Assembly (NCBI GenBank): GCA_964633995.1
Contig: CAZWKN010000003.1
Location: 5,750-69,749, forward strand
Direction: 5' to 3'
Length of the DNA stretch: 64,000 nucleotides
From: an uncultured Gammaproteobacteria bacterium
GTDB lineage: Bacteria > Patescibacteriota > Microgenomatia > CAZETR01 > Amesbacteraceae
A model generated the notes under the pieces. The model had not been told where the DNA came from, did no database searches, and worked only from the letters and a program-made list of their open reading frames with translations. Below are positions 21,045-31,086 of this stretch, piece after piece. A program made the position numbers and the translations under genes. Numbering within the stretch: the first letter of the stretch is position 1; each line of letters opens with the position of its first letter.

Positions 21045-22447
21045 AAAAAAAGGAGATTAGACTGCCCACCATCTTGGGATTAGTGGTCGCAATAGCTGGC
21101 CTGGTTACGGGAGTAGTTCTGCTTCGTTTACAATTAAAGACGGCCGCGTTGGCAGCCGCTGAAGAGACGCCAAATAAGGTGGCTGTATCAAACATATCCG
21201 ACTCCAGCTTTACGGTTTCATGGTCAACAGAAAGAGCTGCTCCCGGGTTTGTCCAATATAGCGAAAAGGCAACCGATCCCGATTTGGTTGTATCAGACGA
21301 AAGAGACCAGCTAAACGGGGCGGTGGGTAGTTATTTAACACACTTTGTCACAATTAAAGGGCTGAAGCCTTCGACCGAGTATGTTTTTAGATTGGGGTCG
21401 GGAAAGCATTTGTATGACCAGGGTAATGGGCTGTACACAGTGACAACCGGTGCACAGTTGGCCAATCCCCCGCCGGCTGATGTGGCCTATGGCCAAGTAA
21501 TGACTCAGAGCGGAGACCCGGGTGATGGCGCTGTTGTGTATTTACAAATTCCCGGGGCAAGCCTCCAATCTGCATTGGTCAAAAGCAGTGGATCATATGT
21601 TGTTCCCCTATCCACAATCAGAACCAACGACCTGAGTAAATTTATTACTTACGACAAGGAAAAAACAGCTATTAATGTTTCTGTCATGAGGGGTCCTTTG
21701 GAAGACACATTAGTAACGACCTCGACGGCAACTCACGCTCCCATTCCGGATATTATTCTTGGAAAAGGCGGTAGGCTGGAACAGTCGGGCTCAAATGTTG
21801 ATACGTCTGTTTCTAAATTTTCCAATAATATTTTGGGTCCGGCAATAGAAGCATCGGGAGGTGCAATATTGACCATCCTAACACCGAAATTTGGTGAGGA
21901 GGTAAATTCAGCAAGACCGGAAATTATTGGGCAAGCTCCGGCCAACACAGAGGTAACGGTAGAGGTTCATTCGACTCAAGTAGTAACAGGGACCACCAAA
22001 AGTGACCAAAATGGCAAGTTTACCTTTAGTGTCCCCAGTGATTTGTCTGCCGGCGAACATTCGGTGACAATATCAAGTGTCGTGGACGGGGTTGTAAAAA
22101 AGGTTACCAGAAATTTTGTTGTCTTGGCTGCGGGAGAAAGTTTTAATCCGGCATTTTCATCAAGTCCATCAGCAACGCTGGCCCCAACAATCAAGCCAAC
22201 CGCTACACCCAAGCCTAGTCCAACCAGACAACCGTCTCCCACTCCAACTCGAGGTCCGTCACCCCTACCTACCCCCACCGGTGTTAGACCTTCACCTACA
22301 GTAGTAGTTGCAACGCCCTCGCCCACACCCAAGCCTGTTGTTATTGAAATGCCGGCGTCAGGTAACGACGAACCCACGGTGTTGGTATTGGGAATCGGAA
22401 TCGGACTGATCATATCTGGGTTGTGGTGGTATAGATATTCTTTGTAG
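21041..22447 (+). CDS. Cell-surface protein: N-terminal signal anchor, FN3-like domain, Ig-like domain, Pro/Thr/Ser-rich stalk, C-terminal TM anchor
   Basis: SFTVSWST...TEYVFRL (FN3-like); VTVEVHSTQVVTGTTKSDQNGKFTFSV (Big-like); PTATPKPSPTRQPSPTPTRGPSPLPTPTGVRPSPT linker; C-terminal hydrophobic segment then YRYSL. Confidence 0.6.
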   Translation: MKKKEIRLPTILGLVVAIAGLVTGVVLLRLQLKTAALAAAEETPNKVAVSNISDSSFTVSWSTERAAPGFVQYSEKATDPDLVVSDERDQLNGAVGSYLTHFVTIKGLKPSTEYVFRLGSGKHLYDQGNGLYTVTTGAQLANPPPADVAYGQVMTQSGDPGDGAVVYLQIPGASLQSALVKSSGSYVVPLSTIRTNDLSKFITYDKEKTAINVSVMRGPLEDTLVTTSTATHAPIPDIILGKGGRLEQSGSNVDTSVSKFSNNILGPAIEASGGAILTILTPKFGEEVNSARPEIIGQAPANTEVTVEVHSTQVVTGTTKSDQNGKFTFSVPSDLSAGEHSVTISSVVDGVVKKVTRNFVVLAAGESFNPAFSSSPSATLAPTIKPTATPKPSPTRQPSPTPTRGPSPLPTPTGVRPSPTVVVATPSPTPKPVVIEMPASGNDEPTVLVLGIGIGLIISGLWWYRYSL

Positions 22448-22462
22448 GGTAGAATTGCCTTT

Positions 22463-23032
22463 ATGAGGCGGAAAATTAGGGTGGGGTTAGATTTTGACGG
22501 AGTGGTTGCATACAACCCATTCAGAATTATTAGGGCCCCGATTAAGTGGTTTAAAAGAGAGGTGTTGGGGATTAACAAACTAAGTTTTTTCGTTCCCAGG
22601 AACAAGCTGGAAAGACTTGCCTGGACGATAGTGCACGAGTCGAGCGTGTGGCCATCTAATGGGGTCGAGTTGCTAAAAGAGCTGGTTAACAATGAGAATA
22701 TCGAGGCTCATTTGGTAACTGCAAGGTTTAGTTTCTTGGAACAAAACTTGTTTGAATGGCTTAAAAAAAACAAACTTACTAAACTGTTTAAATCGATAAA
22801 CCTTAACAAGAAAAACGAGCAACCACACATATTTAAAGAGCGTGTAGTTAGTAAATTACACTTTGATTACTTTATTGAAGACAATTTGGATATCGTACTA
22901 CACCTGAACGGTAAGTCGAAGACAAAAATTTACTGGATTTATAATGTACTAGACAGGGGCAAGAACTATCCTTTTGGTTTTCCTTATCTGAAAAAGGCTT
23001 TGGAGGCAATAAGAAATGCGAGTGGGTTTTAG
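22463..23032 (+). CDS. HAD-superfamily hydrolase (5-prime-nucleotidase NT5C-like)
   Basis: HAD motif I VGLDFDGVVA near N-terminus; about 190 aa. Confidence 0.4.
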   Translation: MRRKIRVGLDFDGVVAYNPFRIIRAPIKWFKREVLGINKLSFFVPRNKLERLAWTIVHESSVWPSNGVELLKELVNNENIEAHLVTARFSFLEQNLFEWLKKNKLTKLFKSINLNKKNEQPHIFKERVVSKLHFDYFIEDNLDIVLHLNGKSKTKIYWIYNVLDRGKNYPFGFPYLKKALEAIRNASGF

Positions 23033-24146
23033 TTTAACCTACTATCGGCCCTATGTTTCTGGGCTGACAATAATTGTAGAGAGACTCGCAGAGGAGATGG
23101 CGAAATTGGAAGACTATGATGTCACTGTGGTGTGCATGAGACATGACCAAGGATCGGCAGAACGAGAGACAATAAATCAGGTAAGGGTAATAAGGGCAAA
23201 GCCTGACTTAAGAATTAGCAAAGGATTTTTTTCTTGGGATTGGATTGTAAAAAGTTGGGCCGTAGCCCGTGAATGCGATGTTGTATTTATCAATTTACCA
23301 CAACCAGAAGGAGTAGTGTTGGCCATATTTGCTAAATGTTTTGGTAAAAAAATAATTGCAAACTACCTGGCGGAAGTAAAGCTTCGAAGCGGGGTGGGAG
23401 TAATAGTCGAAAAGTTACTTTCGGCTACTAATAGATTAATTATGTTTTTAGCTACTAAAGTGGTTACCTATTCAACTGAGTACGCTAGATATGCCAAAGA
23501 ATTGAGAGGGTTCGAGAAAAAAACAACCTGGATATATCCACCGATTCCACAGACTACGGTTAACACTCTGGCGTTAAAAAAACTAAAGAAAAAAATTTTG
23601 GCGTTTCCCAATACAATAAAGGTTGGGGTACAAGCTAGACTGGCAGAGGACAAGGGTTTTGAGTATCTGTTTGAGGCAATACCGATGATTGAAAAACTTT
23701 CCGGAAACCCGACAAAAATAATAATAGCAGGTTCGTTGGATCCTGTTGGGGAAGTAGAGTACAAAAAAAAGATTTTGAACTTGGCAGACAAATTTATTGA
23801 CAAAATAGTCTTTTTAGGAGAATTAGCTCCAGAGGATATGGGTTCGTTTTACCAACTTATAGACGTATTGGTGTACCCATCGATTTTAGAATCATTCGGT
23901 TTGGGACAAGTCGAAGCCATGATGGTTGGAATACCAGTTGTGACAACCAACCTTCCCGGAGCAAGTGTACCAATTAAACGAACAGGAGGGGGAATTCTGG
24001 TACCCTCAAAAAATTCTACGCAACTGGCAAAGGCCATAGTAAAGGCGGTAAGCAACCCTACTGGCTATCAGAATGTGGAGAAAGCTAAACGTATATTTAA
24101 TATTAAAAAAACAATTAAATCTTATGTCGATCTATGTTTAGACTGA
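23016..24146 (+). CDS. Glycosyltransferase family 4 (GT-B, retaining)
   Basis: C-terminal E-x7-E region (ESFGLGQVEAMMVGIPVV) typical of GT4. Confidence 0.8.
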   Translation: MRVGFSLTYYRPYVSGLTIIVERLAEEMAKLEDYDVTVVCMRHDQGSAERETINQVRVIRAKPDLRISKGFFSWDWIVKSWAVARECDVVFINLPQPEGVVLAIFAKCFGKKIIANYLAEVKLRSGVGVIVEKLLSATNRLIMFLATKVVTYSTEYARYAKELRGFEKKTTWIYPPIPQTTVNTLALKKLKKKILAFPNTIKVGVQARLAEDKGFEYLFEAIPMIEKLSGNPTKIIIAGSLDPVGEVEYKKKILNLADKFIDKIVFLGELAPEDMGSFYQLIDVLVYPSILESFGLGQVEAMMVGIPVVTTNLPGASVPIKRTGGGILVPSKNSTQLAKAIVKAVSNPTGYQNVEKAKRIFNIKKTIKSYVDLCLD

Positions 24147-24778
24147 ATAGGATTGGATATTATATTGGATCGATGATCCTAATTCTGAATAAAACCAGAT
24201 TGAGTTATCCATTAAATTTTCGCGAGCTGGATCTGAAATTTTACGTTTGCAATATTAAGGATGTGTTGGTAATAAAAGAAGTACTAATTGATAAAGATTA
24301 TGAACAAAACAAAGTAAAACTTACTCCGCACGACAAGGTCGTAGTAGACATAGGAGGAGGGGTGGGAGATTTTGCAATTTATGCTGGAAAAAAATTACCG
24401 AGTAGTAAGATTTACACCTTCGAGCCTAATAGTAAATATTTTGAACTGATAGAAAAAAATAAAATGATTAATCGCATTCGGAATGTGGGTGTTTACAAGT
24501 TTCCGGTTGCCAAGATGGAAACGGTGTTTAATATCATTAAAAGAGATCGCATCGATTTTTTAAAAATTGATTGCGAAGGTTGTGAATATAAGTTGATTAC
24601 ACCACAAGCAGTTAAATATTTAAAAAGGGTAAACAAAATTGCATTGGAATATCATGACTTCGATGATCACACTGGCGACGAGCTGGTGAGGGTGCTTGTT
24701 AATTCTGGGTTCAAGATTGCCAAACGCAACAACAGGGGCGTTCCTAGAATCGGGATTATAACCGGGTTGAGAAAGTAG
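24134..24778 (+). CDS. FkbM-family SAM-dependent methyltransferase
   Basis: VVDIGGGVGDF ... FEPN ... LKIDCEGCEYKL pattern characteristic of FkbM domain. Confidence 0.65.
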   Translation: MFRLNRIGYYIGSMILILNKTRLSYPLNFRELDLKFYVCNIKDVLVIKEVLIDKDYEQNKVKLTPHDKVVVDIGGGVGDFAIYAGKKLPSSKIYTFEPNSKYFELIEKNKMINRIRNVGVYKFPVAKMETVFNIIKRDRIDFLKIDCEGCEYKLITPQAVKYLKRVNKIALEYHDFDDHTGDELVRVLVNSGFKIAKRNNRGVPRIGIITGLRK

Positions 24779-26402
24779 ATGTTTTTTTAAAGATAATAAC
24801 TTTGGGGTGGTCGTATACGGTAAAGGACTCGTCTGAATAGTCGTCTACGAAGCTGATACCTGATCCACAATACTGATTGTTGAAGGCGATTTTTCCGTAG
24901 TTTATAAACGGCGGCGTTAGGCAAAACGAAACACCAGGGATGGGTAAATTTGGACGAGAGGTAAATTCGGCTATTTTTGTAAAACCAAGCGACCCGTCAA
25001 ACAATGACTCGTAAAAATGAAGGGTTTGAGGATATTTTTCGGGGACGGTCATTATAGAACCATAAAGACGGTTACTGGACAGGATGATGTAGTCAACACG
25101 CGCTAGTTTAGCTGCAAAATCAGCCCATTTTATCGGACTTTCCGGATCGTAAGGGGCTAATTGAATAGAGTTAAAAGAATTAGGAACACCCACGGGAAGA
25201 CAGTCATCCCAATATTCGCACGATATAGTACTTCCTGGGGGTAAATTTTCAACCAACCATCGCGAAGCGGCAACACGGGAATGTGGATGAAGATAGATTT
25301 GCACGAAACTAATTGGCCAAACAGCAATCATCACAAGTAGTGGAAAAAGATATCTGATTTTTAGGTTTGCCGCAAAATCGGCTGCAAATATACATATGAT
25401 TGGATAGACTGGATAAAAATAACGCAAGGGCTTGGCAAATTGAAAACTTTCGATTCCGATAACAATAAGCAAGTTTGTCAACAGGGCCAAAACTGAAAAA
25501 CTGGGTTTCTTAAAAATAACAAGTGTTGTTCCAAGAATGGCAATGGCCGATAGGGGCAACCCCAAACCCCACAGAATTAGATTTTCCATGGGGAAAATAA
25601 ACGGGAGAGTTTTTATCCATTGGATACCTGGAGGGAAAAACCCATTGGGATTACTCAACGCCTCGAGTTGCTTTAGATTTGCAACCACCAAGGGATTTAT
25701 AGAAAACCCCTGAAACAAATAGGGGTCTGCAACCCGGAGAACGACTATGGCAAACAAGGCAAAGAGAAACATGGACTTTTTACGCAAACCGTGGCGGATG
25801 AGCAGAATTAATATTGAAGGAACTATAAAAATAGCGGTGATCTTGCAAGCCAATGCTAGTCCCAAAGCAATCCCGGACAAGACAAACTTATGTTTCAGCG
25901 AAAAGTAGAGACAGAGGGTCAGGAAAAAAACTAAAAAAGTATCTACAGCATAAAAATGCGAAAGTTGGATAGGCAACACAGCAAGACCGTAAAACAGCAT
26001 CGCCAAAAGGGATGATTTACGACTTGCAAACACTTCGAGCGATATCAAAGCAACTAGCAGTATGGTACCAACATCCATCACGGCAGAAACAATTCGACCA
26101 GCAATGGCTGTTTGGTCGTACGTAGAAGAAAATGCTTTTACAATGAACAATGGTAAGCGGCCGTATACAAAAAAGGCGTTGCCGGTATTGTGGGGGTTGA
26201 GTGGGGACGATTTGGTGTCAAAATATTGGGAGATATTTTTAGGCCAATGAACTGATAAAGTTACCATGGTAAGAAAGCGTTCGTCTGGATGAAGATGTTG
26301 GTTTTGGTCCCAATTGATGCCCAGTAATCGAAAGCTGGCTCCTAACACCAAAATAGCAGACAAGATTAATATGTATAGTTTGTTGCTCATAGTGAACGGC
26401 AA
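24756..26402 (-). CDS. GT-C fold membrane glycosyltransferase (ArnT/PMT-like)
   Basis: Multi-TM, HPDERF (DE motif) in first extracytoplasmic loop, about 550 aa. Confidence 0.55.
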   Translation of the reverse strand: MPFTMSNKLYILILSAILVLGASFRLLGINWDQNQHLHPDERFLTMVTLSVHWPKNISQYFDTKSSPLNPHNTGNAFFVYGRLPLFIVKAFSSTYDQTAIAGRIVSAVMDVGTILLVALISLEVFASRKSSLLAMLFYGLAVLPIQLSHFYAVDTFLVFFLTLCLYFSLKHKFVLSGIALGLALACKITAIFIVPSILILLIRHGLRKKSMFLFALFAIVVLRVADPYLFQGFSINPLVVANLKQLEALSNPNGFFPPGIQWIKTLPFIFPMENLILWGLGLPLSAIAILGTTLVIFKKPSFSVLALLTNLLIVIGIESFQFAKPLRYFYPVYPIICIFAADFAANLKIRYLFPLLVMIAVWPISFVQIYLHPHSRVAASRWLVENLPPGSTISCEYWDDCLPVGVPNSFNSIQLAPYDPESPIKWADFAAKLARVDYIILSSNRLYGSIMTVPEKYPQTLHFYESLFDGSLGFTKIAEFTSRPNLPIPGVSFCLTPPFINYGKIAFNNQYCGSGISFVDDYSDESFTVYDHPKVIIFKKTSTFSTRL

Positions 26403-27955
26403 TTATCGGATACTGAATAAATTGTAACCCCGGAATTATTGTTGCGATAAGCGGGAGTAAACTCTTTCCAAAGAGAAAGATTGGGTTTTATGAATGGCTC
26501 AGGGTGATCGTTGAGTTCGACAAACGATATATGGTTTTTTAGCAATAGCTCACAAACACCGTTTTTGTCCGAGTTTTCATAGATATCTAAGACAATTTTT
26601 TCTCGGGCCGCCTGATTATACCCAAACGACCAGGTAAAGTAGGTGTAGCCTGAAAATATTTTTCGGCCAGCAAGCGACGCGGGGTGATAAAACCAGGTAC
26701 TATTTAAGATAACATCGGAGGGTTTGGTGTTAGTTAAAAAAAATTTAGCGTCAGGGTTTGATATTAAATCCGAGACACGAAGGAATCGATCGTTTACTAC
26801 TGGAAAAAAGTCCACTAGTCCACCAAGTATAAAAATTGGGAATATAAATATCGTTATTAGTTTGGTCAGAATGTTTTTTCTTAACAGGGCAGAAAGTGCA
26901 TAAGCTGAATAACATTGGGCAAGTATCAAAAAAAAATTTATAAGCTTGTGATTGTTGATAATATCAGGGGAAAATTGAAAAAGATTAGAAATGACGAAAA
27001 TACAAACAATGGGAATAATTAATAATTTTGCCTTGGGGGGGGCCAATATAAACCCCAAGGGGATGAGCAAACAATGAAACCCAATATTGAGAAACCAATA
27101 ATACAAAACGCTGTCTGGGGTTAATCGGGAAGTCATTAAAAAACCAGGGTGGTAGCTTATGGAGGCTGGGGATTGTATTGTCAGTAGATACAAAATAAGC
27201 CACGGAAGAACCCATAGGCTTGAGATTAAAAGTTGACGGCGGCTTGACGGATAACAAATGAAAAACCAAACCATAAATAGCGCGATTACTGGAAATACCG
27301 CTTGGTTTATCATTAACAGGCTTCCTGCTAATAACCCCAAAAGCGTGGCGTGTTTTTTGTTTTGGCCTAGAAGCAACAAAATTATTCCCACACCTACGGC
27401 GAACGACAAACCCAGGTGACGCTGGTTGGTGTAGATATTGAGATTCCAAAACGCTGATATAAGACTGCCGTTCCATGGTCCGAACGAGGGAAACTGTGAC
27501 AAATTAGGCAAATCGACGAGAGGATGTCTGGACAAAAAATCTAGCCACGAAAACGAACCATTTAAGACGAGAAACAACACAGACAGAGCACTGGTTAATT
27601 TGCTTGAAAAGAGTTTGTAGGAAAGTCGCCAAACCATCACAAACAGAAGAAAAAAACCGATAGCGCTGGGAGTATTTAAGGCGAAATCAATTCTTAGGCC
27701 ACACATTTCTAAAAGTCCAACGATTGCGTAAAACAAAAAATGGTAACGAATAGGTTCGCCCGGAAACAGTGGGTGTTGAACAGGAAGGTTAAAGCCGCGA
27801 GAAAACGAACGAATCAGTGGAATACTTTGACCAAAGTCACTCCAAACCTTGGCAGAGATCAGTAGGTCGTTATGGGTTGGATCGTATGAAAATGTATGCC
27901 ACATTAACCAAAATGAAAACAAAAACGCCAGGAGCCAAAATAAGCGTGCGACCAT
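26387..27955 (-). CDS. DUF2298-like polytopic membrane protein (paralog of next gene)
   Basis: Start trimmed to Met 27955 (MVARLFWLL...) to remove overlap with divergent gene; FPGEPIRYHFLFYAIVGL motif shared with 27999..30044 (FSGEPINYYYFGHLILAVL). Confidence 0.5.
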   Translation of the reverse strand: MVARLFWLLAFLFSFWLMWHTFSYDPTHNDLLISAKVWSDFGQSIPLIRSFSRGFNLPVQHPLFPGEPIRYHFLFYAIVGLLEMCGLRIDFALNTPSAIGFFLLFVMVWRLSYKLFSSKLTSALSVLFLVLNGSFSWLDFLSRHPLVDLPNLSQFPSFGPWNGSLISAFWNLNIYTNQRHLGLSFAVGVGIILLLLGQNKKHATLLGLLAGSLLMINQAVFPVIALFMVWFFICYPSSRRQLLISSLWVLPWLILYLLTIQSPASISYHPGFLMTSRLTPDSVLYYWFLNIGFHCLLIPLGFILAPPKAKLLIIPIVCIFVISNLFQFSPDIINNHKLINFFLILAQCYSAYALSALLRKNILTKLITIFIFPIFILGGLVDFFPVVNDRFLRVSDLISNPDAKFFLTNTKPSDVILNSTWFYHPASLAGRKIFSGYTYFTWSFGYNQAAREKIVLDIYENSDKNGVCELLLKNHISFVELNDHPEPFIKPNLSLWKEFTPAYRNNNSGVTIYSVSDNCRSL

Positions 27956-27998
27956 GATAGTGATTATATATAATGTCGATGTGGGTAGCGACTGGATT

Positions 27999-30044
27999 AT
28001 GGTGTTTCGGTGGTGGCTGGCACTAATGGCTTTTGGATGGGCCGGCTGGCCGATTGCCTCCAAATTATTTCCAGACTGGGATGACCAAGGTTATTTCGCT
28101 GCAAAAATAGTCGGGGTAGCATTGGTCAGTTATTTAATTTGGGTTCTGGGAATTATTAAGTTGGCGCCGTTTACATGGTTAACCGTATTTGGACTCGTTC
28201 TGGGGATGATTATCCTTGGAAATTTTGGAAAAAATAAACATGGGCTAAAAAAGGAAGTGATTGGGCTGTTGGTGGTTCAAGAATTTATCTTTTTGGGATG
28301 TTTGTTTTTTTGGTCCTGGATCAAAGCACATGAACCATCAATAAACGGGCTAGAGAAGTTTATGGACTATGGGTTTACCAGGTCTATTTTACAAATTAAA
28401 TACTTTCCACCAGTGGACATGTGGTTTTCAGGGGAACCGATTAACTACTATTATTTTGGACATTTGATATTGGCCGTTCTTACTCGTTTTTCAGGCTTAA
28501 AATTAGCCGTAACATTTAACATCATGTTGGCCACCATATTTGCATGGTGCACTAGCATGAGTTTTGCCATAGGCAGAAGATTGTTAATAAATTTTAGAGG
28601 ACTGGTTAAATGGATTGGCGCCTTATTTATTGCAGTTTTAGTATCTCTATCGGGCAATTTACAAACAATTTATACTTTCACAAAAGGTTATAACGGAGAA
28701 GAAACACCTCCACCGTTTTGGAAGATATTGGCCCCATGGTCAATTGGTTCGAAGACGTACTGGTACCCCAACGCCACAAGATTTATTCCTTATACTATTC
28801 ATGAATTTCCAAGTTATTCTTTTGTCGTGTCGGATGTTCACGGCCACGTACTTGACATCCCCCTGGCTCTTTTAGCAATTGCGTTGTTAATAACTCTGTT
28901 TGGTAAAAAGCAAAGCCTTTCTGTTTGGCATGCTGTAACATTTGGGGTCTTGTCGGGAATGATGTTTATGACCAACGCGCTTGATGGCCCTGTTTATTTG
29001 GGACTATTCGGACTACTTGCTTTCATAAACAGAAGGTCCGTTTTAAGCATTTTGGCACAAGCGGCCGGTTTGATTGTCGCGTTTGGTATTACAATATTAC
29101 CTTTTGTAAGCACCTTTAAATCTTTTGTCTCCGGAGTGGGTGTTAATTGCCCACCAAGTTTCCTGGCAAACAGCAAATTGGGGCCGTTTCTGTTTGAAGG
29201 AGTAGAAAAATGCCAAAAGTCTCCTCTGTGGATGATGGCTGTGTTGTGGGGTTTTTTTGTGTTTGGGGCGATAATAGTGCAGGCGCTTCCTAAAAACGAA
29301 ACCGAGTTAAGGAGTAGACAGTTAATGCTGATTGTGTCTTTATATTGCTTGGGGTTAATAGTGTTTCCTGAATTTTTTTATTTTAAGGATATATATCCTA
29401 TGCACTTTCGAAGCAATACTATGTTTAAATTTGGATATCAAGTGTTCATAATGATGTCCTTGATTTCAGGATATGCACTAGTTAGTTGGGTTAGAGAAAA
29501 AGTAAGTATAAAAAAATTACTAATTTTGTCACTTAGTTTCCCAATGGTGGTGTTGGTCTTGGTGTATCCTTTTTTCTCTGTCAGATCATACTTTGGCAAC
29601 TTGACGAAGTACGAGGGGCTGTATGGATTGGAATGGATAAAACTCCGTCGTCCGGACGACGCACGAGCGATAGATTGGTTTGAAAGAAACGTTAATTGGG
29701 GAGAACAACCAGTTGTGCTCGAAGCCAATGGGGATAGTTATACCGAATACGAAAGGATTTCCGCTTTTACGGGCCTTCCGACTGTGGCCGGATGGACCGT
29801 ACACGAATGGCTTTGGAGGGGTGGCTACGGCCCAATTTCACAAAGGGCTGAGGAGGTAAGAACGATTTACGAAAGTGGGGATGTGGGAGTTGTTAAATCG
29901 TTGCTAAAAAAATATGGAGTAGTGTACATAATAATTGGCGATTTGGAACGACAAAAATACACCAGAATCACAGAGAGCGTGTTACAAAGCTTGGGCAACA
30001 CCGAGGCTGTTTTTGGAAATACAACTATTTTAAAAGTGATGTAA
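27999..30044 (+). CDS. DUF2298 / YYY-motif (Chlor_Arch_YYY-like) large membrane protein, putative glycosyl/oligosaccharyl transferase
   Basis: Start trimmed to ATG 27999 (MVFRWW...); GEPINYYYFGH motif; >12 TM segments plus large C-terminal soluble domain. Confidence 0.5.
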   Translation: MVFRWWLALMAFGWAGWPIASKLFPDWDDQGYFAAKIVGVALVSYLIWVLGIIKLAPFTWLTVFGLVLGMIILGNFGKNKHGLKKEVIGLLVVQEFIFLGCLFFWSWIKAHEPSINGLEKFMDYGFTRSILQIKYFPPVDMWFSGEPINYYYFGHLILAVLTRFSGLKLAVTFNIMLATIFAWCTSMSFAIGRRLLINFRGLVKWIGALFIAVLVSLSGNLQTIYTFTKGYNGEETPPPFWKILAPWSIGSKTYWYPNATRFIPYTIHEFPSYSFVVSDVHGHVLDIPLALLAIALLITLFGKKQSLSVWHAVTFGVLSGMMFMTNALDGPVYLGLFGLLAFINRRSVLSILAQAAGLIVAFGITILPFVSTFKSFVSGVGVNCPPSFLANSKLGPFLFEGVEKCQKSPLWMMAVLWGFFVFGAIIVQALPKNETELRSRQLMLIVSLYCLGLIVFPEFFYFKDIYPMHFRSNTMFKFGYQVFIMMSLISGYALVSWVREKVSIKKLLILSLSFPMVVLVLVYPFFSVRSYFGNLTKYEGLYGLEWIKLRRPDDARAIDWFERNVNWGEQPVVLEANGDSYTEYERISAFTGLPTVAGWTVHEWLWRGGYGPISQRAEEVRTIYESGDVGVVKSLLKKYGVVYIIIGDLERQKYTRITESVLQSLGNTEAVFGNTTILKVM

Positions 30045-31086
30045 CGAAGTCAAAAACGACACGGGGGTCGTTGTTTTTGGGAAGGAGGACCCAAGAAAAA
30101 TCATAGTCTTGAACGTAGTCTGGTTGGTATAGTTGGTCCGGCTCAGACAATGAATAAGTTGAGATGTTTTGTTTTTTCATTTTGATTGCAATCTTTGACA
30201 AAGAAAGATAGTTCTCTGGCTTTATGTCCGTGATGACGTTTTCCCTAACAAGACCGAGAAGTTGTTTGTATGTTTGAATATTTTGGGAAAATAGTTTGCT
30301 TTTAAAGGCAGCTATTACTTTTTCTTGCCTTTTTGACCTTGCGAAATCGGTACCCTCAGCGGGATCGGTCGAATGCCTTGATCTGGCAAATTTGAGGGCA
30401 GTAATGCCGTCCATGTGGGTAAGACCTTTGGAAAACGTGACCGTCTCATACCGGCAAAGAAACTGAGGGTCGCCACCACAATTGTCGTTTTCTTTTCCGG
30501 GGATGGGATACTGTGTGTCGACAAAAGAATTTTGAATGTTGACATCAATTCCTCCCAACAGATCAATGGCTTGCTTAAAGGTCGAAAAATCGACCACAAT
30601 TGCAAAATCAATGGGTTGATTTATAAATTGGGAGACAACTGATTTTGAAAGAGCCAGCCCCCCTGCTGTCCCGGCTTTTTCCGACCCAAAATGAAAAGCC
30701 GTGTTAATTTTGGCTCTAATCGAAGAAATCCAAACGTCTCTGGGAATCGATAAGAAGACAGCATTGCCATTAGCTGAATCTATCGACATAAAGATAATGG
30801 TGTCGGTTAAATCTGGCCCTTCGTGATCACCGCCACCTATTCCTAATAGTAAAAAGTTTATTCTTCCTGCGTGGAGGGGTACAGAATTTTTGGTGTACTC
30901 CGCTATTTGAGTCAAAAACCCACGAGAAAGGCTGTTGACAAGAAGTACGCTACCACAAACCAGAAGAATTATTGTGCAAACGATGATGGTTCGAGCTAAA
31001 AACACCCGAGACAAAAGTCGTCTTTTGAATCGGTTGTATAAGGAATTCATTCTGGTATGCTGCATATGTGGAACTGTTAAAAACAC
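30025..31086 (-). CDS. LytR-CpsA-Psr (LCP) family cell-wall glycopolymer ligase
   Basis: N-terminal TM; RINFLLLGIGG ... DTIIFMSID ... SIPRD LCP signature. Confidence 0.85.
   Translation of the reverse strand: MFLTVPHMQHTRMNSLYNRFKRRLLSRVFLARTIIVCTIILLVCGSVLLVNSLSRGFLTQIAEYTKNSVPLHAGRINFLLLGIGGGDHEGPDLTDTIIFMSIDSANGNAVFLSIPRDVWISSIRAKINTAFHFGSEKAGTAGGLALSKSVVSQFINQPIDFAIVVDFSTFKQAIDLLGGIDVNIQNSFVDTQYPIPGKENDNCGGDPQFLCRYETVTFSKGLTHMDGITALKFARSRHSTDPAEGTDFARSKRQEKVIAAFKSKLFSQNIQTYKQLLGLVRENVITDIKPENYLSLSKIAIKMKKQNISTYSLSEPDQLYQPDYVQDYDFSWVLLPKNNDPRVVFDFVTSLLK

Noticed and set aside
21976-22692. 238-aa minus-strand ORF
   Set aside because: Antisense of the Pro/Thr-rich stalk of the surface protein (gives a Gly/Val-rich artefact). 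No independent signal.
27849-28063. 215-nt overlap between divergent DUF2298-like genes as given in ORF track
   Set aside because: Resolved by internal Met starts (27955 minus, 27999 plus) that each begin at the first TM helix. The long overlap is an ORF-calling artefact.
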